Origin: Selaginella moellendorffii
Taxonomy: Eukaryota; Plantae; Lycopodiophyta
Assembly (NCBI RefSeq): GCF_000143415.4
Contig: NW_003314306.1
Coordinates: 931,751 to 995,750 of the forward strand
Direction of reading: 5' to 3'
DNA length: 64,000 nucleotides
A program made the position numbers and the translations under genes. Below, piece after piece: positions 47,402 to 60,705 of this stretch (position 1 is the stretch's first letter; the number at the start of each line of letters is the position of its first letter). The notes below the pieces were generated by a model, which had not been told where the DNA came from, did not search any database, and saw nothing but the letters and a program-made list of their open reading frames with translations.

Positions 47402-48996
47402 AAACCCGCTCAGAGTTTTGTTTCCGTGGAATGCCAGCTTTGCGCTGGACTCAACCACGAAGCTTTTGCCGAGAAAGAGCGACGAGGACAACAGCAGCTC
47501 GCCGAGAAAGTGCGGCGAGGACAGGCGAGCCGTTTTCGTGTTTGACGAGGCAAGGGGTCTGAATGAAACCTCAGCTCCGCTGGGCGCTCAGAGTTTTGTT
47601 TCCGTGGAATGCCTATTTTGTGCTCATGCTGGACAATCGCGAAGTTTTTGCCAAGAAAGAGTGACGAGGACAACAGCAGCAGGGCCTTGAAGACCGGGAG
47701 ATGCTTATTGCCTCCGATCTACTTCTTGCTAACTTTGCAACTAGACATGCTCAAGCCGGGCCTGAGCGTTGCGGAGTATAGTTCTTCGTCAACCTGGATG
47801 AAGTATGGAAGGCCTGTGCGGGCCGCCAGAATAGGATAGGGTGAAATGGGAATCAGTAATGAGTTCGCCATTGAAGGCAAGGTGACAGAGAGCCAGGGAT
47901 GGTATTGTTTGCTGCTGCAACAGGCCTGCAGGTGTGTCCTCGCTGCCCGATGGTAGCGTCACATATGAACGTCGTATTACTATGAAAAACAGGTTGTTTG
48001 TCGCTCTTCCAGCGACGCCCAGCTGCTAGCCTGCTCAAGTTCAAGAAGTGAAGCGGTATGCTTAGCTGGTACCTTCATCCGATCAAAGTGGTGGTCCCCT
48101 GTTCTGCAATTCTTTTGCCGTGCGGGAAGTCCCGGATACTGCAGCGAGATACTTTGCAGGAGGCCTTGCTATCGGGCATCAAGCGGAAAACGATATGCGT
48201 GGTGCCGATCTCATTCTTCCTGAGGGGATGACTTGCTGCGTTGTGTCCCTGAAGACGAGGGGCGGTGTCTCATCCGAGCTCACCAAGTGGAAAGTTCTTC
48301 CTGTGGTTACCGTGTATGTCAATGCAAGGAGCAAGCAGTTGCGGACACAAAGTCTTGGCTTTTGTGGGATCAGGAGGAGGATAAGAGTGATCTCCAGCTG
48401 ACATGCTATGGCCTTGATGGCAACTTCGGTTACCTGTCAAGGGAGGTGAGGGGCCTGCTCAAGAACATACTCGTAACCAGGCCGGATCCCCTTAAAGGTG
48501 CGGGAAGCCGAGTGGATCAAGCAAATGCTGCCGTTTCAGTGCGAGGCAGACTTCGTCGTGTCTCCGGCGGCAGGCATGAGTCTATGCTCATGGATTACTC
48601 GGTTTCACGGAGAAGTTGATCTCGAGTTAGTACTTGCTCTATCTCGTACTCTTGGTTCAATTAACTGTGATCTGAGCTCGAAGTAATACTAGTTCGCTGC
48701 TTACGCTTTGCTCTCTGTGCTGTTACTTTGGCTTGATTTTGGATCTGCTCACGGAAGAGAAGCTACCAGGTATGCTTAGTAATGTTCGAGCTCGACCTTT
48801 ATTATTTTGTAGATTACTTATGGTGTGATGTATCATAAATGGTAAGTCAGCTCTTTCTTTCTTGTAACTCGCGGATGAGATCCTAAACATAGTATACAAC
48901 GAAAGGTTTATTGCAACTTCTAGAAAAAGATTCGGTATGAACCATATGAGACAGCCGTTCGTCTTAACAATGGTTGTCTCTTATGTTTCCGACATT
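47402..48996. repeat. Right arm of the inverted duplication
   Basis: Reverse complement of 43979-45572 with few mismatches. Confidence 0.93.
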
Positions 48997-49406
48997 TCCA
49001 AAGACAAGCCTAGGGTAGCTTGAAAATTTGGCTGAAGTGTGTGATTTTGGCAGTAGAATCCCGTTTCGATTGATTCCAATCGCCCCCGAGAGAATTCTCA
49101 GCTACCCTAGGCTTGTCTTTGGATCATAGCCTTTCATTTGTCCCATTTTGGTGTCTCTTTCGTTCACTTGCGTGCTAAGGGCTGATTCATAAGTAGCTAG
49201 AGTTCTTTCGATGGCTAGTCTTTAGTGGATTGGTCCTCACTTCTCCATTCTTTTTTTTTGTTGTTTCGCAAAGCTTGCTTGGGCTTGAGTTCATTGTCTA
49301 CTTTTTTGTTTCATTGCTGCTAAAGACTTGGTCCGGCTAGAGTTCTCGTCCTTTAAAAGCTTTTTATCTCGAGTCTTCGGGAGTTCTTACCATACATTCT
49401 TTCCAG

Positions 49407-50421
49407 GGATGTTCCGGACGTCAAAAGAGCAATCTTGGCATGCCTTGTGTCAAGCGTGTACTCACTCCAGCACGACAGATCGAAAAACTACACAGGAACT
49501 CCGCAAGCTCTCGCTCCTCCCTGGTGGACGTCCTTCAACTACGAGCTCCTCGACGTGATCCTCGGCAATGACAAGCTCCGGATCAACGGCGCAGTGTTCG
49601 TGTGGAACTACAAAAACCACTGGAAGCCTGCCAGAGCTCCGATGGTGGTCCTGGCGCTCAGAGGCACGGACAGCCTAACCAGCGACTACATCGTCGACTT
49701 CAAGATCGCCAACCAGGAGCTTTACAAGACAGGCAGGTTCACAGCCGCGTACAACGCTCTCCGAAACGCCGTCGCATGGCATGGCAAGGACAACGTTTGC
49801 ATCACGGGGCACTCGCTCGGAGCAGCGGTGGCGCTCTCCGCCGCTCGGATGATGGCATCGCATGGCCAGTTCGTCGAGGCTCATCTCTTCAATCCGCCAT
49901 TCTCGTCCTCGACCGCTCCATACAAGTCACTCTTCGGTGCTGAGACTTACAGCAATCTCCAAGAGGTTTACACCGTTGCAAAGGCCGGGCTCGTCAACTT
50001 ACTGGTGGATGCCGCAAAGAGAAGGGAGTCCGAGGCAGAGTTTGCGGCACTTGGAAGCTGGTACCCGGACATGTATGTTCATCCCAGTGATCCGGTATGC
50101 TCGGGCTTTCTCGAGCACTTCAAGAACTATCAGTATATGCTACAGGGGAAGTACGCGAGATTGGCGATGCCTCACGAATCCATCCGGGGCGTGCTCTGCT
50201 CCTCCAAAGCGAAGCCGCATCACCTCATCCCCTCGGCAAGGCTTCACGTCCCAGCGGATGAAGGCAAAGCTGCGAGTGCTCGAGACGCTCATTCTCTTAC
50301 ACAGTGGTGGTCGGATGGAGCAGTCGTTCAGGTGCAATTTGTCAACTTGACAGGTCAAGAACACTTGGATCATCCGCTGCAAATCCCGTTTGGGGGGATA
50401 AGCTACGAAGCTATGGTGTAG
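49407..50421 (+). pseudogene. Class-3 lipase copy 2: exon 2 intact, native exon 1 deleted
   Basis: Exon 2 differs from copy 1 by one residue (F>L). At ~49040 ggctgaagtgt joins directly to gtgattttggcag, removing the ATG-bearing exon. Confidence 0.75.
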
Positions 50422-50911
50422 TACGCGGCTATGACTTCATGGTACATATTTTCTCTGTGCTCAAAGAACCCACCCGAGAAAAAAGTTTTTATTTTTCCTG
50501 TGCTAAACCAAGGTTTGAAGAGAACGCGGCGTGTTTTCGACGTTCAATCTGACTGGAAGAACGTCACAGGTGGATGTTTACCACGTCATGACTTTACAAT
50601 GAACACTTTCATTGTCTGCTCGAGCCAAAGCCTTCAAAGTACGTTTGCTCGCGTTTGTTTTTGTTAGATGGTTAAAGAGAGAAAAAGGCCGGATAATGAG
50701 AGTTGGCGGTTTCAACTAGAGAAGCACAAGCCCAGTGAGGACAGATAGTGGGAATAACTTCAGAAAGAAGAAGCTGAGCTTCCCGAAAATGAGATTTTTT
50801 CGTCACTCTTTAGGTTATGAGAAGGGTTTACTCGTGGTAATCTTGTCAGTTCCTTTTGGGGCTCATCCTTTTGCAGTACTATAAGGTACTCTTCTAGGGA
50901 TTGCCCTTGTG

Positions 50912-52147
50912 ATGAAGAAACAAGCGCCTGTGTTGCTGCAAGACGACACTTTGGAGACGGTTCTCAGCTATGTGGACCTGGCCACACTAGCGACCTCATG
51001 CTCCGCCGTTTGCAAGTCATGGAACGCCATCATCGGCGATCCATCCTTTCGCCGCCGCTGGTGCCAAAACAGTGGCCACAAGGAATCCTTGCGGCTTATG
51101 ACTAGCTCCTTCGACTACGGCGAGCGTTGCCACGCCTGGGATCCATCACGGCCCCAACGCAGCGTGGAGTTTCCGTTGCCCCACAAAACGGAAGAACTTC
51201 CTAACGCTCAAGTGGTTGCTTCCGCGGGTGGCCTGGTATGCGTCTTCAGGACGCACAGGGGCATGGTTGATCCTGCTGATGATGTGTTTCACCTGGTGGT
51301 GGGGAATCCAGTGACCCAAGAGTGGAGCGAACTACCACCGCTCCATTGGGAGGACAGAGAAAGATGCACTTTAGCGGGAGTGATCGACTTTGCCATGTTC
51401 GTCGACAAGAATGGCTTCAAAGTCGGTCTGCACTACACCGCTGTCGACTTCTCAGGCCACTGGTGCTGCATCTACGACTCGGCAACGCGCTCCTGGTCTT
51501 CTCTCCCCAAGCTCCCGTTCTCGCCAGCCTACGTCAAAATGAAGGCGCAGCGGCTTTCAGATTACAGCGTGGACGTGGCACCCCCTGCTGTATTCCCAGG
51601 CTTGGACGATTACTTCTACGATCTCACCATCCTGGGATTTTACGACTTTGGCCGCGCCAGGTGGAGCACCGGGGAAGTCGTGCGCAGCCTGAGGATTACA
51701 ACAGGCCTGGAAGACAAGGTTGACCCGGATGGAGAGATCCTGCGCTGCGTCTTGCCGCTCCCGGGACTGTGCACCGCGAGGCTGTGGGAGTACAATGGCC
51801 AGCGATACTTGGCAAGTGGCTGGGTGTATGCGGGAGGCTACCGCGAGGCAGGGGAGTCCGGAGTTGATGGCTATGGCGTGTGGAAGGTTGACGACAAGGG
51901 TGGCTTGGTTGCCGTCTCTGCAAAGACCCATAAATCGATCCTTCGTCAAGTGTACGCTGGGCAGCGCTCTATAGGAGCGGTTTTCCGTTGTTCTGTTCAT
52001 GCAGAGGCCAATCTGGTGATCTTTTCAGAGATAGGGCTCATGTTTGTTTACGACTTGAGCACAGGGGATTGGGGCGGAGTAGGGGGGCACGTAGATGAAT
52101 ATTCACAAGCAGTGATTTTTCGCCCGTCCCTCAGGGCACCTAGATGA
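50912..52147 (+). CDS. F-box/kelch-type (FBA-like) protein, copy 2, intact
   Basis: Uninterrupted 411-aa ORF: F-box, VVASAGGLVC, LVVGNPVTQEWSELPP, IYDSATRSW, VYDLSTGDW, FRPSL. Confidence 0.85.
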   Translation: MKKQAPVLLQDDTLETVLSYVDLATLATSCSAVCKSWNAIIGDPSFRRRWCQNSGHKESLRLMTSSFDYGERCHAWDPSRPQRSVEFPLPHKTEELPNAQVVASAGGLVCVFRTHRGMVDPADDVFHLVVGNPVTQEWSELPPLHWEDRERCTLAGVIDFAMFVDKNGFKVGLHYTAVDFSGHWCCIYDSATRSWSSLPKLPFSPAYVKMKAQRLSDYSVDVAPPAVFPGLDDYFYDLTILGFYDFGRARWSTGEVVRSLRITTGLEDKVDPDGEILRCVLPLPGLCTARLWEYNGQRYLASGWVYAGGYREAGESGVDGYGVWKVDDKGGLVAVSAKTHKSILRQVYAGQRSIGAVFRCSVHAEANLVIFSEIGLMFVYDLSTGDWGGVGGHVDEYSQAVIFRPSLRAPR

Positions 52148-55100
52148 TCCAGAAAGGAGGATGAACGCCACACAAACAGGTATTGTTAATCCTGAGCTAG
52201 TCTGTAAGTTAACGAGACTTCCTGGGCTGGCAGGAACACACACACCTGTTTGGAGCATTGGCGAAGTCTGTCTATTATTCAAGAATTATACACATTATGT
52301 ACATATAAGATTTTGAGATTCTATGTACATAGAAGATTTTGCCTCCCAGAGGATTGCTACTCAACAGTACGGTAGACATATTCATGATGGGGATGAAAGT
52401 CTACTCTTCAAATCAATCAATGCCTCGTGATCCGCTGGTACGCTGCACCATTCCTGGGCCATATTCGTAGGTCGGATTCGAGACCTCCGCGCCGAAGATC
52501 TCACGCTGCTGCGGCCGTGGTCTCCTTGTTCCACTTTAGAATTTGTGACCTTAGCAGGCAAAGCTCATGAACATGCTCTCCATCCGCGATCGCAGTCTTT
52601 GCGCTCCCTCGCCGCGGCCTTTGGAAGCCGCCGATAAGACTGCGCCACTTTCTGGCGGCTCCTGGTAGAAAAAGAAAAAGAAAAAAAACAAAACAAAACC
52701 AAAGAACCTTTTTGCTTTCCCGTCAAGGCGAATTTCTGGAATTCGTCTTCGCTGCTCAAGACGATTGTCGCTCAATCCGGCAGCTCTTTAAACATCTACG
52801 ACCACAAAACAAACGCGTGACCACCGTAGCAAAACATTTCACATACTTACTTTCATAAATCGTGATCATTCGAGCATATCACGACAACAAAAACTATGAG
52901 GCGACATCCAAAGTGAAAACCATTTCTTCAGAACATCGAAAACAAGAACTTACATGAATAACTTTGCGCCATTGTTTCAACCTCTTTCTCCTCCAACCAA
53001 GAACACGAAGGAAAAAAAAAAACCTCTCCCCCAGATAGACGCAGAGAAAGAAAGCCCAAGCGCAGGCAGCAAGAAAGAAGAGAGACTTACCCGTGTAGCG
53101 TTTTGGAGCATTCCCTGGGATCCAATGGAGGCGGCCGAGCAAATGGGTCGGCGCTAAACCTTGCGAGGCGCGGCGGCGAGCACAGCCCAGTTCCCCAATC
53201 GCTGGAATCGGCGAGAGCGGCGGCCCCATAAGCCTCCAAATCTTTGCTTGCCACCTTTTGCTAGACGAAACGAGCGAGGGGACTAGCGCACCACCCTCGA
53301 CGCCATGGATGGTGGTGGTGGTGGACGCTTAAACTCGCGCACACGCACACGGGGGCACACCACTTAATAGAAAGAAAGAGAAAGAAAGAAGAAACCCAAC
53401 CCAACTCTCTCCTCTCTCTTTGAGTTGATGGCCTAACTCTCTAAGTAAGAGTGCGATGCACGACTTTCAACTCTAACACGGGCAAACAATGGGAGAGAGA
53501 GAGCCCAAAAGGTAAGAAAAAAAAAGAGATTGAGAAGAAAAAACGGCAAAAAGAAGAACAATGAGGGTTAAAATGTATAAACCGACTTGGGTGGTGGAAA
53601 TTATTTCCCCCCAGCGGTCCAATCCATGGTGGCTTAAGGTGAGATTAAAGGCTAATCACAATTAGCCGCGGGCCAACGACTGCTATGTGCCACCGCCACC
53701 CTTCGGGAAAACAAATAGGATTTGTGTTAACCGAGGTGGAGTTTATTACCATTAGCGGGTGATTAGCGCCGCAGGCGTCAGATTGCTTTGCAGCAACGGT
53801 GAGGATTGGAGGGCGCCAGCGCTTTACAGGTCTACGTGTACGCTGCATGGACCAGGAAGCAAAAAGCAAAAAATAATGCCTGCCTCTCTTTTATATGTTT
53901 CAAGCCTTGTTGTGTTTTTTCAGGGGCCACCACCTTTGGGTTTGTAATGAGGGAAAATTTTGACAAGGATGTGGAGTTTGTGGGTCGGCCTGCTGCCGCT
54001 GCCTCGTCTAGCAATAAAGTGGAGAAAGGGGGTGCAATCGCCACCGTTACTTTTAGCGCTTACCTGTCCCATTATGCTGGATTTTGATTTTGGTCAATGA
54101 TTAGGTACTTTAAGATATTTAACCATATTTATGTACTAAATTGTTTCTGAAGACACTAATCATCAAGTAGACTTTAAAACTAAATTCTACCGCCAAAACA
54201 AACATGCCAAAAATTAAATATGAAGAATTACACAAATGGTTTTCCAAATTAATTTCATCTCATCACATATATGTGATAACTTAAGCAGAATTTGATACAA
54301 ACTAAGAACTCTGCAAGTATGAGAGTAATTTGTTTTTGAAATAAATTAAAAACAGTAACTTAAATTAATATAACAACTTAGAGAAAATTAAAATTCTTTT
54401 GCTGTATAATATATTAAATATCTGTTTTCCAAAACACACGTAATTATAATCCATCACACATTATAGTGGCACTAAATTTTAATATAGAATAAATAAAATA
54501 AATAAATAAAATTTCATAAAGACTAGTATACTAGTTCAACTTTTTGTTATTATATTATTAAATTTAGCTTCTATTTATCTTTTTCTATGAACCCTTTAAT
54601 TTAAAATTTATATTTTAAAATTATTAATGTAAAAAGATATGGGAATATTAAAAAAATAAGGAATTAAAATAACTAATGTCAAAGAAAAAAAGAAGAAATA
54701 AATGTTATAATATAAAACTATTATAAAAATTATTTTTAACTTGTGACAATGATAAAGGCTGTCAAGTATAATAGTTAATACTTTATTTGATGTATCTCAC
54801 AAATTTGTTTGATTTGATTTAAAACTATTTTATATAAATAATTATTTTACTATAAAATTATTTTTTGGAAAAGTATAATGTGTTAACCATCTATCCAAAA
54901 TTTTAGAATGATTTTTTATTTTATCTATGTTAATTAATCTAATTATTTTTTATTTCTTAACTATTGGTTTATAAGTAAACAAAATCAGCTATAAATATAA
55001 CATTAAAAATAAAAAATTTTATTCTCAAATTGATAGCATAAGAAGACGTGTTTTTGAAAAAAACCATGTAAAAGTTTTGGTGGCCAATAGGTAGTTAGCA

Positions 55101-55728
55101 TAGTTAGTTAAAGAGGGAAAACAATGGCATAACAACTCTTATAAATCTAAGACTTTATTAACATATTTATATATGGTAAAAATATGCTCTAATATACTCC
55201 TTTAATTAAAGCATTTATACACAACAAGAATCCTTTTTAGTGCGAGCTAGTCTAATTTACAATTGGGTTTAACTACTATACTTACAATTATGGGATTAGG
55301 GCAAATATAAATAACATGTATACTAATATGGAGTGCATTAATAAGCTTATGCTTTTTGCCATAGGCACTAACAACAAATGTGTTACTTGGGAGAAAAACA
55401 AATGCAAAGTAATGAAAGTGTATGTGAGTAAAGTAAGGCACTATTGAAGCACTAGACTTAGGATTAGGTTGCAAAATTAATAGTAATGCATTTTATGTGT
55501 TATGTAGGTTGTAATTGACGAAGAGAGAAAACAAGTGTTGCACTATTGAAAAATTCAATACAAAGAAATCCAAATAATGGATTTAATGAAACAAGAGTCA
55601 AGAAGAGTCACCATAATTATGGTGAAGCAAAGTGTAATTTATTTAAGCTAATGTTGCACTTAGACAAGCCTATATCATTTGAGAAGCAATTGAGCTTTAA
55701 AGCCATCTCCCAGAGGTTGAAATGGTAA

Positions 55729-55828
55729 NNNNNNNNNNNNNNNNNNNNNNNNNNNNNNNNNNNNNNNNNNNNNNNNNNNNNNNNNNNNNNNNNNNNNNNN
55801 NNNNNNNNNNNNNNNNNNNNNNNNNNNN
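55729..55828. other. Assembly gap (100 N)
   Basis: Run of N. Confidence 1.
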
Positions 55829-58800
55829 GGTTTAGCAATGGTTTTCTTGAGCATATAAATAAGCAATATCAAATTTTTAAATTTGTAAAGCTTTTACAAT
55901 GTATTTTCCCCCTTTTTGTTTATATCAAGTTAAAAGGAAGATAAACACTTTAAACACCCTAAACCTACCTTAGTTGTTTTTGACTTTTTGTTTCTAAAGA
56001 GCACTTGACATCAAGAACTTTGATTATTTTCTCGTACTTTAGAACTCTTTTGGATTTAATAAGTATTGAGCTTTGAAAGTTTATTTACTTCTAAGTATTG
56101 ATTTTATCTTTAATTGCAAATTTTAGTATTTTGTAAATTCACTAATTTAAGAAGAGTTAATAGTTGTATGGAGGGTAGTTTAACTTGTTAAGGGTCTTTT
56201 GAATGCATAGTGATGCATTTATTGAACACATTCCAACCACACATGGTATGGATAAACTCATCACTTTATCTTAGTATGCTTATCAACTTAGCCTGTTTAT
56301 TATAATATGAACAAGTGCATCATTCCATCTTAGTATATTCATCAACTCAGCTTATTTATTTTTCATTTATGTTTTGCTAGGTCCATGATATACTTTAAGA
56401 GTATTCAATAAAGGTATCAAGAAAAATAGAATCTAACATGTGCATACTTTTCCTTAAGGAAGTAAAATATATTGATTACAAGATATATTACATTATTGAG
56501 ATTATTATAATAGTAGTTTAATATAATAAAATGTATTGAGAAGCAGAGATTAATTATAGAGTGGATAAGTTTTTGCCTATTTTTTGCCTTTTATGAGTTG
56601 AATCTATTTTTACTCAAAGAGTTTTAAAGATTGCACTGATTAGCATTTGCTAAGCAGCTTTAGTTTATAACAATAAAAAGAAATGTTGAACTTTATTGAT
56701 CTCACCAATTGATGTTATTAAATAAAGGGTAATATTGTTTTTTCACTATGCATTTTTTTGAATATTTTTTGCAATGTTGTGTCATTAGGTTAGGGAAGAA
56801 GGTAGATATGATATTTAGTTTTTTCCTCATTCAAATAAGTTTTGTGAGAGTAAAGTTTTCTTCACTATTGCATGTTCTTTCCTACTTGAATCCTCTTTTA
56901 CAGTCTAATTTTCTTCTAAGGGTAATAAGTTTATCTCTCAGATATTTATTTAAATCTTTATAAGTTTTCTAATTTCCTTTATTTCTTTTGGCAAAAAATT
57001 TAGATCTATGAATACTCTTCAATCCTAATATAAATCATAGATGAGAATGCTATGTTTTGAAGATTTTAAAGGGGAAAGGGGATTGTGGGGATTAGCTTCT
57101 TTTAACACATATCAAAGAAAGATTAAATCAACTTCAAGAATAAACAAAAATTTAATCTCAAAGAAGAAAACTAGCACACTTCATCCTATTGTTTTTGTTT
57201 TAATAAGGGAAAATGTAAATATTTTTAAAGAAAATTATTCTTAAAATTCTAATGAGCTATACAAAATATCCAAATAGTATTACCCCCACTTGGATTGAGA
57301 GCATCGACTATTCAATGTTTTGGAAGAGCTAGAGTTGGCTATTAAACACTTCACCAAATCATTCAATTTATCTATTCATGTTTAATTTAATCTTGGACTC
57401 CTTAATGTTTATATCATCACCCACTATATAAAAATAACTTTTCTTTTTCATATTGGTTCTTTATAATCTTCCCTTCATTATCCCATAAAAACTTATCAAA
57501 CCCCTTAATGTTTGGGAAAAAATTGTCTTGGGCTTTCACCCCACCTTCAAATATTTTTGTCATTAGATATGGTCTCAACCTTGGTCTAATACTCGATTCT
57601 AGACTTAATTTTAGACTCAATCTTGGAGTTGTTTTAGACTTGGTCTTGAATTCGGTTTTGTATTCTATCTCAACACTTTCATATATTACAATAATTGCCA
57701 CATGTTAGTCATTCTTTTGTCCTTTTTTAAAAACTCATTTATTAATCGTTTTGTGCTCATTCCTCAAACACTTCTTTAAGAGCTCACTTCCACTCTCGAC
57801 TTTTTGAGTCAAAACTTTAGTCCAAATATGTTATGCTCATTGAACTTTTGCCTCAACCACTACCTCACCTTCGACTCTACTTTGGGATTTAGGGACTTGT
57901 ATTTTATAAGTGTTTCATGATTAATACAATTTGATATCTAAGTAGTTTTTCCCCTAATCCTCTAGTATTACACCATGATTGTTGCCCTCTTCTTTATAGC
58001 CATGTTATACATAAGTTATATATCAGACAATATTTGAGAGCTAAAAATACCTAAGTAAGATTTTAAAGCTAAAATTCTATCACAATATTTAATTTTCTAT
58101 TTTCAACAGCCATATAGGATAGAGAGAAACTAATGCTATAAAGTTGGGGTGTTTAGTATATAGGAGTGAGACATAAAATTTATGAAGGTTTAAGTAAAAA
58201 TATTTCTCACTCAAGTCTTTAATTCAAAGCCCCCCATCTACATCATATTCATATGATAAATGAAAACTTATAAAGTAATTGTTTTTAGATTTTATGATAT
58301 TTTAAACTATAATACATTTTAGTGTTATTCAAGTGTTCATCACTTTTTTCAATCGTAAATCTAGCCATTTGGAAAAAAAAGGAACTCATCCCATTGCTCT
58401 ATTTCATTAGTATTCTTGAGTTTAGAAAAGAACTTAATAAAACTATACAAATAAGTAGTTTGTTGAGTTTAACTATCTATTAAATTGCATTTTATTATAG
58501 GGTCAAAATGTCTCTAAAGCTATTGTTTTTATAAGAAAAACATTCTTTTCCTTATATTTCTTAGATTCTATCACAAGATTTATTCAATCAATTACAAATC
58601 TTAATTAGCATTATATATATAGCACTACTAATTAGCACTACTTATAAAGTACATTGCATGCCACTTCTTTGCATGGTAAAAAAACACTAAGAAAACCAAT
58701 AAAATTATTTATGGGAGCATAAAGTTGTTTAACTTGGACCAATGTTGTAAACTAGCATTGAGATTGTTTTAATAGGTTTAAAATTCATAAGCATTATTGT

Positions 58801-60705
58801 GCTGCAAAAGAAACACATGAGAAAAAAAATCAAAAGTAGCAAAAAGGGCTATAAGAAAAAAGGAAAAAAAATAATAATAACAAAGAAAGAAGCAACAATT
58901 GCCAAGAGAAAAGAGCCTAGTAGTAAAAAAAAATGAAGTAATAAAGAATAAAAAATTAGAAGTTTTGGAAAAATAATGAGAAGGAAAAAAAATTATAAAA
59001 AAAACTAATTTATTGCATATTGTATGCAACAACACTTGATTTTCTTAATAATAGTGTAATTCCTGCTTAGTATTATTTAATAATATAATTGATCAATTAA
59101 AAATTTATAATTTTAAAATATAAGATTAATTTTATTGCACATCATTATATGGTAGAATAAAATAGAATATACTAAAAAGTGTTTAGAAAAATTCATAATT
59201 TATAAACATGTTTATAAATTATAAATATGGTAGAATATCCCAGAATATCTAAATATATTTTTGATGTATCTATCCCTCGATAGAAAAATTTTAGATGTTA
59301 AGGGCTTTCTAATGAGTAAACTTTCCTTGCATTTTTTCTTGCTAAAGTCTACCCAACACCCATTGCTTATTATGAAGAGTGGAGAAGGTTGGAGATGGCT
59401 CCTCCATGCTAGATGTGGCATTGGTATGTCCTTTTCTTGGCAAGAAAGAATAAGAATTCTCACTCAAGCTAAAAGTTTATTTTGTGTTTGTGGCTATTGT
59501 AGGGAAAGTGTTGGCATTGCTTTCATTAGCTTCAAGGTTTATAGTGAATTCTCATGTCATGAGTTTACAATTCTTTTTTCTGCCATCTTCATCGAGTGCA
59601 ACATATGTGATCCAAGTGAGAAAGAGAGGCTAAGGCATTTCTTTTTTCTCATATCTATCCCAAAGTAAGTTACTAAGGCATTCAAGGAGCACAAAACAAT
59701 GTTTGTGAGACTGGATGTATATATTAACTATGTAGGCATTGCTGAACAAAGGGACTTCCTCAGCAATGCAAAATGGTACAAGGTCTTGAGCGTGAACCCA
59801 TCAAATGCATAATCCAAGTAGTAAGTCTCAATTCTCACAATTTCTTCATTCCACATTCTGGATCTCAAGAGAGCACACTCTAGCCATTAAGAATCTGATG
59901 CCAGAGAGGAAGAACATTGTACTAAACTTAATGCTTTATGACTTTATGAGAGAAATGACAAGCTGTTTGGAAGCAATTGAGGAGGATTGGGTGTTGGGAA
60001 TTGTGAGTATTTACACTTATTTCTCTATTGGGATCTAGATGAAGTGATGGTGAGGTTCGAAGAGAAGAATTGAATTCTGAATGAATATGTGATGCTCATA
60101 TCAAATTTCACTGTAAGTAAAGTGGTTCATACTAATGAAAAAAGTTTTTCAACTTTGAAAAGAAGGGTGTAAGCTTTATATATAGAGAATGCTGAAAGTT
60201 ATTGTGAGTATAAGATGGATTTAGGTATTTGGGAGCTAGGATTGTATGTATCTCGGAACCAATGGGGGAGCCAATGGCAATGTTGTAGCATGTTTCCTTG
60301 ATAAATTTAGTTACTTATCTTCTTTAATCTAACAAGAGACAAAGTTTTCATAGACATTAGTATCCAGTTTAACTCTAGTTCAAAAAGCAATTTGCTCTTT
60401 ACTGTGTTAATAAATTATGTTTACTACTCTCTTTTGAAGTTTTCGCATTTTATTTATCATTATGTTTCTAATTACGCACTCTTTAAAAAAAAGTGGTTTA
60501 ACAGCTAGCATAAATTTAAATAGCTATAAATATAAGCATTTGCTCGGTAAAGAAAAAATCCAAATAAATAGGAATAAGAACCACCCTAGCAAGTTCTGGC
60601 CTGTTGGATTTTCGTTTGAAAATTTGGCTGAAGTGTCGGCGGTGTCCACGATGGGAGAGAACGCGTTCAAGCCCTAGCCAGCGTTCCAGGCGGGGCCGAT
60701 CGCCA

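Noticed and set aside
17052-52147. S-locus-like system (SPH + F-box genes)
   Set aside because: SPH/PrsS and SLF F-box belong to different SI systems. No S-RNase or PrpS-like gene was seen, and the F-box copies are near-identical rather than allelically diverse.
54410-57240. Possible Copia/Gypsy remnants in AT-rich DNA (e.g. DKPISF..W near 55660; also 25200-25800)
   Set aside because: Too degenerate to call by eye and interrupted by the gap.
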